64,000 nucleotides of DNA from a virus. Its lineage: Duplodnaviria > Caudoviricetes. A model generated the notes under the pieces. The model was not told the DNA's origin and did not search any database. It saw only the letters and a program-made list of their open reading frames with translations. The stretch is taken from IMG/VR virus record IMGVR_UViG_3300010338_000575; one strand, 5' to 3'. Below, piece by piece: positions 56,451-64,000 of the stretch (positions are counted from its first letter, which is position 1; each line of letters begins with the position of its first letter). Position numbers and translations under genes: made by a program.

Positions 56451-57239
56451 ATGATTAAAATTAAAAAAAATATCATATTAATCGTATTAGGTATTATAAT
56501 ACTTTTGGGTATTATTATTTATTTTCAATACAACACTATAATAAAATTGAAAAATAATGTACAAGAAACTGAAAATTTATATATTGCACTTTTTGATTCA
56601 ATTAATTATTATAAAAATAAAAATAATGAATTGGTTGCTGAAAAATTAACGATTCAAACTACGTATAATATTTTAAAAAACAATTATGATAATTTAAATA
56701 ACACACAAAAAGAATTATTGGATCGAATTCTTGAATTAGATAAAAAAAATAAAATAATAACAGCAGCATTAATTAAAAGTGAAATTAAAATTGATTCATT
56801 ATTGATTATTATGGGTGCAAATAATATTGCAATTAATATTGATACCATTAACAATAAAATTAATTTTAATAATTTACAAACTAATGATAGTACGTTTATT
56901 TTTGATATTGATGTAAATAATATTTATTCGATGAAAAACAAAAAACCTGAATTGTTGTTCAAATCGATTATAATACCAAATAAACAATTTATTGAATTTC
57001 ATTGGAATAATGATAAAAAAAAGGGTTATCCCGTATCATTTAGCGTTATTAATACCAATAAATATTTTAAAGTATATGATATTGAAAGTTATGCTATACC
57101 ACAACTAGATAAATCTGATTTAAGTCCAAATGGATGGCAAAAATTGGGGCTTTTTATAAAAAAGAATGGTAAATCGATGTTTTTAATTGGATTGGGGGCT
57201 GCTGGTGGAATTGGTGGTTATTATTTATTAACTAAATAA
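56451..57239 (+). CDS. Membrane-anchored coiled-coil protein, possible spanin-like lysis protein
   Basis: N-terminal TM, coiled coil, C-terminal Gly-rich hydrophobic tail. Confidence 0.5.
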   Translation: MIKIKKNIILIVLGIIILLGIIIYFQYNTIIKLKNNVQETENLYIALFDSINYYKNKNNELVAEKLTIQTTYNILKNNYDNLNNTQKELLDRILELDKKNKIITAALIKSEIKIDSLLIIMGANNIAINIDTINNKINFNNLQTNDSTFIFDIDVNNIYSMKNKKPELLFKSIIIPNKQFIEFHWNNDKKKGYPVSFSVINTNKYFKVYDIESYAIPQLDKSDLSPNGWQKLGLFIKKNGKSMFLIGLGAAGGIGGYYLLTK

Positions 57240-57294
57240 AAATAATAATAGTTTAATATATACCCACAGAGATGGGGACATAATTAATAAAACA

Positions 57295-57335
57295 AATAAT
57301 TGGGGTGTATATGTTTATATATGCCCCATTATTTT
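57295..57335 (+). terminator. Probable terminator hairpin
   Basis: TGGGGTGTATAT/ATATATGCCCCA stem followed by T-rich tract. Confidence 0.6.
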
Positions 57336-57357
57336 ATTTTTTTTTTATATTAGTTAA

Positions 57358-57365
57358 GTATTTAT
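57358..57365 (+). promoter_or_regulatory. Putative phage late promoter GTATTTAT
   Basis: After terminator, upstream of 57377/57386. Confidence 0.65.
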
Positions 57366-57376
57366 AAACAATAGGA

Positions 57377-57592
57377 ATGTATTTTATGAATAAAACAGAA
57401 ATTAAAGAAATTGTTAAAGATGAAATAAATAAATTTATTGAAAATTCTTTAGATAAAGAATTAAAAAATCTTTTAAAAAATCCAAACAGTCAATCAAGAA
57501 ACGAATTAATAAAAACAATAAAAGATTCGCTTGAAGCAGTTTATAAAACGCTTTGGAGTAAAAGAGATTTTTGGAAAAATGATATTAAATAA
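57377..57592 (+). CDS. Small helical hypothetical protein
   Basis: EIKEIVKDEI amphipathic motif; start may be ATG 57386. Confidence 0.6.
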   Translation: MYFMNKTEIKEIVKDEINKFIENSLDKELKNLLKNPNSQSRNELIKTIKDSLEAVYKTLWSKRDFWKNDIK

Positions 57593-57616
57593 TTTAATTA
57601 AAAAATTAAATTAAAT

Positions 57617-59926
57617 ATGGATAATTTAAATGAAGATACGATTAAACCAACATTAAATAAACCAATAAACGCACAATCAAATAATTTTGAAAAAAATTTT
57701 AAAAATATTATGAAAAGTAATGCACCTGATGTTCGTATTAATGAAATTGATGCTAATCTAAGTGAAGCAGAACAATCATTAAAGAAGAAGATTTTTAAGT
57801 TGGATAAAGTGGAAGCATTGGTATTTTCTGAACCAAAGTTAACTGCAATTTATAATGAAATGGCAAAAAATGGTGAAGAAAAATATGGTTACCACTATAA
57901 TGAAACCATCATGAATATCATATTTAATGATTATATATTAAATAGTGCCAAATATTTGCAAAAATATAAAATGGCAATACCTAAAAAGAAAAAAAGAAGA
58001 GATAAATCTGGAATTAATCAATTAATGAAAAAATTTAATAAAAAAATGAATGAAAATATTAATGACGAACCAATTAAAGTAATGTTTTTGGTTAACGATT
58101 CTGATGATTCTAATGTTTATGCCTATTTTCCTGATTATGATTATGATGAAAATAAAAAATATAAAGTAGCCTATTCGCATATTGGTCAACATTCTGCAAT
58201 ACATCCCGATTATGTGAAAAATAGTAGACCTGCAACACCTGAAGAATATTCTGAATTAAAATCTGAATTAGAAAACTTGGGATATGATTTGGAAGTTATC
58301 AATCCAACAAATGAAACGACTACTTCAGCATCATCTGGTGCATATTCAGGTCCTGCTGTGTGGGGTGATGGTGATTTAATGAAGGTTAAAGGTAATTCAG
58401 TAATTAAAAGAAAACCAATTTGGAAGGGTGGTACAATTATACAAGAAACAAATTATTTAATCGATTCATCTGGTTTTGAAAAGTTTGTAAATATTATGGA
58501 AGAAACTAAAAATGATTTTAATATGTTAGATGAAAAGGCAAAATCAAAAAAACAACAAAAATTTATGGGTATGGTTCGTGCAATACAAAAGGGCGAATTA
58601 GACCCCAAAAAGGTAAGTCCTGAAATGCGAAAAGTGGCAAAAAATATGAAACCAAGCGATGTTAAAGATTTTGCGAAAACAAAGCATGAAGGACTACCCG
58701 AAAAAGTTGATGAAACAAAAAACGAAAATTCTATTGAATTTAATGTTCCTGCAAAACAAACATCAATTGAACAAAATGATCAACAAATGAATGAAACAGA
58801 ACAATCAATAATTGCAAAACCAACAAATACAATGGCAAATTATCCAATTGCAACTGGTGAATTGGGTAATAATGTTCCAAAAGGAACACAAAATAGTGGT
58901 GGTGTTAGTGAAAGTAATTTAAAAAATGATTTTGATTTATTAAATGAAATAAACAACGAATTAAATGCGTATTCAAAATATCATAATAATTTAAAAAAGA
59001 TTGCTGAAATGAGAAAACCATCTGCATTAGTATTAAGAGACCGCCTTGGTTCAGAAAACGAAAAAAATTTTAAAAAGGATATGAAAAATAGTGACACAGG
59101 TCAAATTATTGATATTCAAAAAGAATTACAATGGAAGGAACAACAAACCGAAATTGATGATCCTCAAAAACTTGGTAATGATATTGAAAAAAATGTTATA
59201 AAGAAAACAAAAGGTGTTGCATTTAAAAATGTCGGTGACAGTACAAATGATAAAGGTGATGAAATACCAAAACGTAATTTAACACAAGATGAACAAGAAG
59301 AAGTTGAAATGTATCGTTTAGGACAAGAAAGTTTAATATATGACAACGAACCAAGTGAACGTTTTATTGAACGTATGAAAAACGATATGGGTGAACGTTT
59401 ATCACAAAAAAGGGAAAAACAAATAAAATTTAGAAAAAACGCACCGATGTATAATAAAGATACACAACCAATTGAAACTGGTACAAAAAAATCACAATTT
59501 GATAAATATGAATCGGAATGGAATGAACGTAAGGGTATTAAAGAATCAATGATTACTGGAAGGTTTGTTGATGCATTGGGTAAAAATAGAATTATTGATT
59601 TTTATATAAATGAAGTGTCTATTGTAGATGATGTTAATAATTTGTTTGAAATAAATTTTGATGGTTTGGGTAATACATATGTTAATCGAACTGTTGATGG
59701 TAATATTGTTCTTAATGAAGATGCAATCAAATTAATTAATACGCATAAATTATATACTGATGGAAAAAAGGTTGTTGCGATTGAAATGAATAGCAATCTA
59801 AATGAAAACTATACCGAAAATAAAAAGATTAACGCTGATTTTGTTAATAAAATTAAACATCTTTCAAACTATGATAGCAGAAAATTTATTGATACTAAAA
59901 ATGTAAAAATAAAAAGAGGTTTTTAA
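57617..59926 (+). CDS. Large modular protein with many hydrophobic-x-E sites and a DUF3008-like module; candidate prohead core/internal protein
   Basis: LNE, INE, LSE, MNE, LDE, VDE, VSE, IKE sites; AKSKKQQKFMG...DFAKTKHEGLPEKV module. Confidence 0.6.
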   Translation: MDNLNEDTIKPTLNKPINAQSNNFEKNFKNIMKSNAPDVRINEIDANLSEAEQSLKKKIFKLDKVEALVFSEPKLTAIYNEMAKNGEEKYGYHYNETIMNIIFNDYILNSAKYLQKYKMAIPKKKKRRDKSGINQLMKKFNKKMNENINDEPIKVMFLVNDSDDSNVYAYFPDYDYDENKKYKVAYSHIGQHSAIHPDYVKNSRPATPEEYSELKSELENLGYDLEVINPTNETTTSASSGAYSGPAVWGDGDLMKVKGNSVIKRKPIWKGGTIIQETNYLIDSSGFEKFVNIMEETKNDFNMLDEKAKSKKQQKFMGMVRAIQKGELDPKKVSPEMRKVAKNMKPSDVKDFAKTKHEGLPEKVDETKNENSIEFNVPAKQTSIEQNDQQMNETEQSIIAKPTNTMANYPIATGELGNNVPKGTQNSGGVSESNLKNDFDLLNEINNELNAYSKYHNNLKKIAEMRKPSALVLRDRLGSENEKNFKKDMKNSDTGQIIDIQKELQWKEQQTEIDDPQKLGNDIEKNVIKKTKGVAFKNVGDSTNDKGDEIPKRNLTQDEQEEVEMYRLGQESLIYDNEPSERFIERMKNDMGERLSQKREKQIKFRKNAPMYNKDTQPIETGTKKSQFDKYESEWNERKGIKESMITGRFVDALGKNRIIDFYINEVSIVDDVNNLFEINFDGLGNTYVNRTVDGNIVLNEDAIKLINTHKLYTDGKKVVAIEMNSNLNENYTENKKINADFVNKIKHLSNYDSRKFIDTKNVKIKRGF

Positions 59927-59937
59927 TATTTTAAATT

Positions 59938-60315
59938 ATGGCTAAAAAAAGAAAGGAAATAACTAAAGAGCAATTAGATGCTGCTATGGCAAAATATCCA
60001 CCAAGTAAATATATTATTTGGGGTTATAAATTTTTTTCAACAGCACCCTTAAATAAAAATTTTAAAGAAAAATCAATATTTTTTTATTTATTATTAGTGT
60101 TTTTCTTTATTGGATTTTTTGGTACTATATTTAATGCATCGCATAAATTAATTGCAACGGTAACAATTGGATATTTTGCATTACTTTTATTATTAACAAT
60201 GTTTTCTTTAAGTGTTTTTATATTAAATGTAATAAGAATAAAAAAAATATGTAATGAATTAAAAATTAGTATTAAAGAGTATGATAAATTAATTGAAAAA
60301 TATTATGAAAATTAA
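59938..60315 (+). CDS. Membrane protein (2 TM)
   Basis: Two hydrophobic segments. Confidence 0.6.
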   Translation: MAKKRKEITKEQLDAAMAKYPPSKYIIWGYKFFSTAPLNKNFKEKSIFFYLLLVFFFIGFFGTIFNASHKLIATVTIGYFALLLLLTMFSLSVFILNVIRIKKICNELKISIKEYDKLIEKYYEN

Positions 60316-60325
60316 TAATATTTAA

Positions 60326-60356
60326 TTGTAAATTTAATATAAATATTTTACCTTTG
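60326..60356 (+). promoter_or_regulatory. Bacteroidota housekeeping-sigma promoter
   Basis: TTG 60326-60328, 20-nt spacer, TACCTTTG 60349-60356. Confidence 0.6.
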
Positions 60357-60385
60357 TAAAGTGTCAAGTGTATCTTGACACTTTA
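60357..60385. repeat. Perfect 12-bp-arm inverted repeat (operator or hairpin)
   Basis: TAAAGTGTCAAG-TGTAT-CTTGACACTTTA. Confidence 0.85.
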
Positions 60386-60401
60386 TATTTTTAATTATAT
60401 T

Positions 60402-60409
60402 GTATTTAT
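60402..60409 (+). promoter_or_regulatory. Putative phage late promoter GTATTTAT
   Basis: Upstream of ATG 60424. Confidence 0.65.
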
Positions 60410-60423
60410 ATAAAAAACTATAT

Positions 60424-61182
60424 ATGTTTAGTTTAAATAAAATATCATTCGGAATTTTATCTGATACTGATAAATATGCTCAATCTAAACTAGATGATGA
60501 GTATAAAGAATATTCCAAATTAAATTTAAATGATATTATTAAAGTTGATTTTCCTGATAATCAATATTATAGGGAACAAACAACAAAAAAACAAATAGTA
60601 TTGCATCACACTGTATCAGGAAAGGGTGTTATGGGCGATATTGAATGGTGGAAAGGCACACCAGAAAGAATTGCAACATCAATTATAATTCAATATGATG
60701 GTAAAATTTATCAATGTTTTTCAAGTTTATATTGGGCACATCATTTAGGTTTAAAAACATCAAATAATGTTATTTTAAATAAAGCATCGATTGGTGTTGA
60801 AATTGATTCGTGGGGACCTTTAATGAAATATCAAAACAAATGGTATCCGATTATATGGAGTAATTCTTTAAAAAAAGAAATACCAAATATTAAACAAAAA
60901 CCTATTGACGATAATAATGTAATTATATATCCTAATGGATTTAATGGTTATTACGCTTTCGAAAAATATACAAATAATCAAATTGATAGTTTAAGAAAAT
61001 TATTAATATATTGGGGTGATAGATATAACATACCACTTGATTATAATGATGATATGTGGTCGGTGAGTGAAAGGGCATTAAGTGGTGTGTCTGGTATTTG
61101 GACTCATGTTAGTTATAGAAGTGATAAATCAGATTGCCATCCACAACCCGAATTAATTGAAATGTTAAAATCATTAAAATAA
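60424..61182 (+). CDS. N-acetylmuramoyl-L-alanine amidase (Amidase_2), probable endolysin
   Basis: IVLHHT, WAHH, SIGVEI, WTH...DKSDCHP. ATG 60424 preferred since TTG 60400 overlaps the promoter motif. Confidence 0.85.
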   Translation: MFSLNKISFGILSDTDKYAQSKLDDEYKEYSKLNLNDIIKVDFPDNQYYREQTTKKQIVLHHTVSGKGVMGDIEWWKGTPERIATSIIIQYDGKIYQCFSSLYWAHHLGLKTSNNVILNKASIGVEIDSWGPLMKYQNKWYPIIWSNSLKKEIPNIKQKPIDDNNVIIYPNGFNGYYAFEKYTNNQIDSLRKLLIYWGDRYNIPLDYNDDMWSVSERALSGVSGIWTHVSYRSDKSDCHPQPELIEMLKSLK

Positions 61183-61183
61183 T

Positions 61184-61615
61184 ATGGAAAAGATATTAAC
61201 ACATGTTATTGTTAAGGAAAGGGTAGAAACTTATAAAGATTTTACTATCAATTTATTATATTATATTTATAATTATTATATTGATAAGGAAAGTCTTGAT
61301 GATGATAATGATATAAGAAATCATTTTAACTGGTGTTATAAATGTGTTTGTGATAATTTTAAGAAAGAAGGGATATTATTTGATAATAATGAAGAATTAA
61401 AAGAATATTTTTATACCTATTATTATACACAATTTTATAAAATAAAAGTTGACCCAATAAAAGATATTGGTTTTAAATTTTATGAAAATTTTTGGAATAG
61501 TATTTTTAACATTGAAAAATATGTAAATAAGGATAAGGTTAAATTATTTATTGAAATTTATTTAATTTTCGATAAAACATTTATAAATGTATATGAAGAT
61601 ACAAAAATTTTATAA
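61184..61615 (+). CDS. Hypothetical protein
   Basis: 143-aa aromatic-rich ORF directly following the amidase. Confidence 0.6.
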   Translation: MEKILTHVIVKERVETYKDFTINLLYYIYNYYIDKESLDDDNDIRNHFNWCYKCVCDNFKKEGILFDNNEELKEYFYTYYYTQFYKIKVDPIKDIGFKFYENFWNSIFNIEKYVNKDKVKLFIEIYLIFDKTFINVYEDTKIL

Positions 61616-61707
61616 ATTTTTTTAAAAAAAACCTTGTATATTTCGTATTAATATTATATTTTTACAAAAATAAAAATAACATTAATTTTAAATAAAAACA
61701 AACAACT

Positions 61708-61983
61708 ATGGCTAATTTGAAATTAGATTTACTAAACAAAGTATCAATTGACAAGATGTATGAAGAAATGGAACTTGTACGATTGGCACAAGAACCTAAC
61801 ATGAATTATCGTGAAAAGGTAGAAACAATGATTGAAAGGTTGAAAAATATTGCTATTTTAAACCAACAAATCACTTTAATCAATCAATATTTTCCTGAAC
61901 AATCACAACAAAATCAGGTACAGCAACCTCAACAACAATATCAGACACAACAACCACATCACGGTCAAACACACGCTGAATAA
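61708..61983 (+). CDS. Hypothetical protein with Gln-rich tail
   Basis: 91 aa; upstream TTG-N20-TATTTTTA promoter variant. Confidence 0.6.
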   Translation: MANLKLDLLNKVSIDKMYEEMELVRLAQEPNMNYREKVETMIERLKNIAILNQQITLINQYFPEQSQQNQVQQPQQQYQTQQPHHGQTHAE

Positions 61984-61991
61984 CAACGAGT

Positions 61992-62186
61992 ATGTTTATT
62001 TTTGATGAAATATATCAAATGTTGTTTATATCTTCCATCGTTTTTATAATATACGTCAGTTTTGATTTATTTATAAAAACGTATGGAAGATTTAAATTAA
62101 ATAGAGAAACTAGGTTTGTTTTAACAAAAACCGAAAAAATAATATTATGGTTATCAATATCAATATTTTTTACATATTTAATTTAA
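61992..62186 (+). CDS. Small membrane protein
   Basis: Two hydrophobic segments in 64 aa. Confidence 0.55.
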   Translation: MFIFDEIYQMLFISSIVFIIYVSFDLFIKTYGRFKLNRETRFVLTKTEKIILWLSISIFFTYLI

Positions 62187-62187
62187 T

Positions 62188-62715
62188 GTGATGAAAGTAG
62201 TTTACGAAAAATTAAAACCTCTTGATGGTTATTTAGTTTCAATTGTTGTAAATACCATAAATGGTTGGTATGAACTTGAAATTGGTTTACCAATTAATTG
62301 GGTATATGATGAAAATTCGGAAGTTGGGTGTAGTGTTATATCAAAAAATGATAATGGTGTTTTATTAAAAATACATCCCAAAAATGAAAATGTCGTAATT
62401 GATGATTTAATTAATTTTGTTAAAATTATAATTGAAACTAATATAAAAATTGAAGAAAAGGAAAAAGAATTTACTGATAAAATGAAAAAAATGAAAGAAC
62501 AACTGGAAGAAGAAGCACGTAAATTTTATGATGAATTGGATGATATGAAAAATAAATCTTTTAAGAATTTTAATGATACTTTTGTTGAAGAAATTAAATC
62601 TGAAAAAAAGAGTAAAAACAGTAAAAAAACAAGTACAAAAACAAAAGAAATTGTTGAAAATTATGATGAAAATGATGATGTCGATATAATAAAAGATATT
62701 TCGAATGATAAATAA
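62188..62715 (+). CDS. Hypothetical protein with C-terminal coiled coil
   Basis: 175-aa ORF. Confidence 0.6.
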   Translation: MMKVVYEKLKPLDGYLVSIVVNTINGWYELEIGLPINWVYDENSEVGCSVISKNDNGVLLKIHPKNENVVIDDLINFVKIIIETNIKIEEKEKEFTDKMKKMKEQLEEEARKFYDELDDMKNKSFKNFNDTFVEEIKSEKKSKNSKKTSTKTKEIVENYDENDDVDIIKDISNDK

Positions 62716-62724
62716 ATCTTTTAT

Positions 62725-63075
62725 ATGGACGAAAAAAATGATTTAATATCTATCGATTATGATGATAATAATGATAATTATGAATCATTTAATAATTTTA
62801 TAACTGGTTATACCGAAACACAAAAAAATCTCTTTATTAATGATGTTGAAATTTATGGTAGTTTATATTTAGATGAAATTGAAAAGAAAAAGAAAATTTA
62901 TAATGAAAAAAAGAAAAAAATGATTCCATATATTTTGAAATCCACTGATAAATATACTGAAAATGAACTAATTAAATATAGTTTAGATGATGTTATTAAT
63001 ATTTATAATGAATGTAAAATAAAAAACAGACCGTTTTTAGTAAAATTATTCCATTTCATTTTCAATTTTGATTAA
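62725..63075 (+). CDS. Hypothetical protein
   Basis: 116-aa ORF. Confidence 0.55.
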   Translation: MDEKNDLISIDYDDNNDNYESFNNFITGYTETQKNLFINDVEIYGSLYLDEIEKKKKIYNEKKKKMIPYILKSTDKYTENELIKYSLDDVINIYNECKIKNRPFLVKLFHFIFNFD

Positions 63076-63125
63076 ATGTTATTATATTTGATGCGCATGT
63101 CGAACCATTAAATTCTAATTAAATT

Positions 63126-63911
63126 ATGGGACAATTTAACACAATTTTTAACAAAGCGAGTATATATGAAATGTTTTTCTTTAATGTTAAGGCTGCGTTA
63201 ATATATCCAACGTTGAATGATTTAACCACAAACGTTGAATTATATAATAATTGGATTAAGTTATCAAAATTTAAATATGGGCTAAATGATAATTCATCGC
63301 AAGATGATTTGAATGCAACATATCTTGAATATGCGCCCAATCATACTGATTATGTAAAGATTATTGCAATAACATACGCAACATTATATTTAGAAGATGG
63401 TAAAATAAAACGCTTTTTTAAAAAAATTATTAATAATGATGAATCTTCTAATATTGAACATTTTTTTGATGTATTAAATCAAATATCATCAGATGGTGTT
63501 GCATCACAACCACAATATTTTCCAACATTATGTGGTTATAATATAATTAATTATGATATACCATTATTATTGAAAAGATTTTTGGTTTATAGAGATAACA
63601 TAAATGAAAATAATAAAAAAATACCATATATTTTAAAAAGATGTTTAGATACAAAACCTTGGGATAGTGATATTATTGATGTGATGAATCTTTTTAAATT
63701 TAATGGTTATGATGGAATGCCATTATCATTGATTATCAATATGTTAAATTTGAAAAAAAAGGATGATTTATTATCGAATGCTGATTTATCAAAATATTAT
63801 TGGGAGAATATTAATGTTGATGTTGATAAAACCCTAGAATTTGTTTCATTACAATCAGCAATACAAACAAATGCTTGTATTCAAATCGTTAATGAGTTAA
63901 GACAATTATAA
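63126..63911 (+). CDS. PolB-type 3'-5' exonuclease-like protein, catalytically degenerate
   Basis: LCGYNIINYDIPLL, KPWD, IDVMNLFKFNG; ExoI DxE replaced by FNVK. Confidence 0.65.
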   Translation: MGQFNTIFNKASIYEMFFFNVKAALIYPTLNDLTTNVELYNNWIKLSKFKYGLNDNSSQDDLNATYLEYAPNHTDYVKIIAITYATLYLEDGKIKRFFKKIINNDESSNIEHFFDVLNQISSDGVASQPQYFPTLCGYNIINYDIPLLLKRFLVYRDNINENNKKIPYILKRCLDTKPWDSDIIDVMNLFKFNGYDGMPLSLIINMLNLKKKDDLLSNADLSKYYWENINVDVDKTLEFVSLQSAIQTNACIQIVNELRQL

Positions 63912-63930
63912 TATCATTTTTTTTATGATG

Positions 63931-63962
63931 AATGGTAATAATTTTTATTACCATTTTTTTTT
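63931..63962 (+). terminator. Rho-independent terminator
   Basis: AATGGTAATA/TATTACCATT stem plus T tract. Confidence 0.7.
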
Positions 63963-63991
63963 ATATAATAATGATAATCATATGTGTTTTT

Positions 63992-63999
63992 GTATTTAT
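63992..63999 (+). promoter_or_regulatory. Putative phage late promoter GTATTTAT (gene beyond window)
   Basis: After terminator at window end. Confidence 0.55.
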
Positions 64000-64000
64000 T

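Noticed and set aside
57240-57350. Possible ncRNA or tRNA in a relatively GC-rich intergenic patch
   Set aside because: No cloverleaf or T-loop motif; a terminator hairpin explains most of the structure
381-63340. Short minus-strand and alternate-frame ORFs in the track (e.g. 381-605, 2697-3065, 10471-10845, 20782-21228, 21605-21799, 26794-27243, 55681-55863)
   Set aside because: They lie inside longer, motif-bearing + strand genes and have shadow-ORF composition; only hsp20 is credible on the minus strand
1-64000. Bacterial chromosome/prophage or eukaryotic giant virus origin
   Set aside because: No host housekeeping operons, integrase or att sites are seen; gp25/gp6 baseplate genes, a sigma factor, an amidase and bacterial promoters indicate a tailed bacteriophage

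Overview
A very AT-rich (about a quarter G+C by eye), gene-dense 64-kb segment of a large myovirus-type (jumbo-like) phage genome. All credible genes are on the + strand except hsp20. TTG-N20-TAnnTTTG promoters and the lack of Shine-Dalgarno sites point to a Bacteroidota host. Structural genes include YadA-repeat tail fibres, gp25/gp6-like baseplate wedges and FN3-containing proteins, interleaved with four glycosyltransferase-like genes. Replication and recombination genes include a HARP/SNF2 helicase with a class-3 LAGLIDADG intein, PolB, primase, RuvC-like resolvase and an Mre11-Rad50 fusion. Also present are a phage sigma factor, Hsp20, and an amidase endolysin with an inactive-looking paralogue. 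About 15 genes are preceded by a GTATTTAT motif, a probable phage late promoter. Three candidate systems stand out. (1) A set of GTATTTAT-preceded proteins is punctuated by (I/L/V/M)-x-E sites at domain borders. It includes a ~1850-aa protein, broken by a -1 frameshift at an A10 run, carrying three kinase domains, an ART-like domain, a CCA-adding enzyme and a ParB-like domain; this reads like a prohead-protease-processed, capsid-packaged effector polyprotein. (2) A nearby RNA 3'-end repair set comprises the CCA enzyme, a 2H phosphodiesterase and a SAK-type HAD. (3) An [S/T]-G-x-T motif is strongly enriched in virion proteins next to the glycosyltransferases and is a candidate glycosylation sequon. 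No CRISPR array, tRNA or rRNA was seen. Several single-base homopolymer breaks may be sequencing errors. All family assignments come from motif recognition, not database searches.
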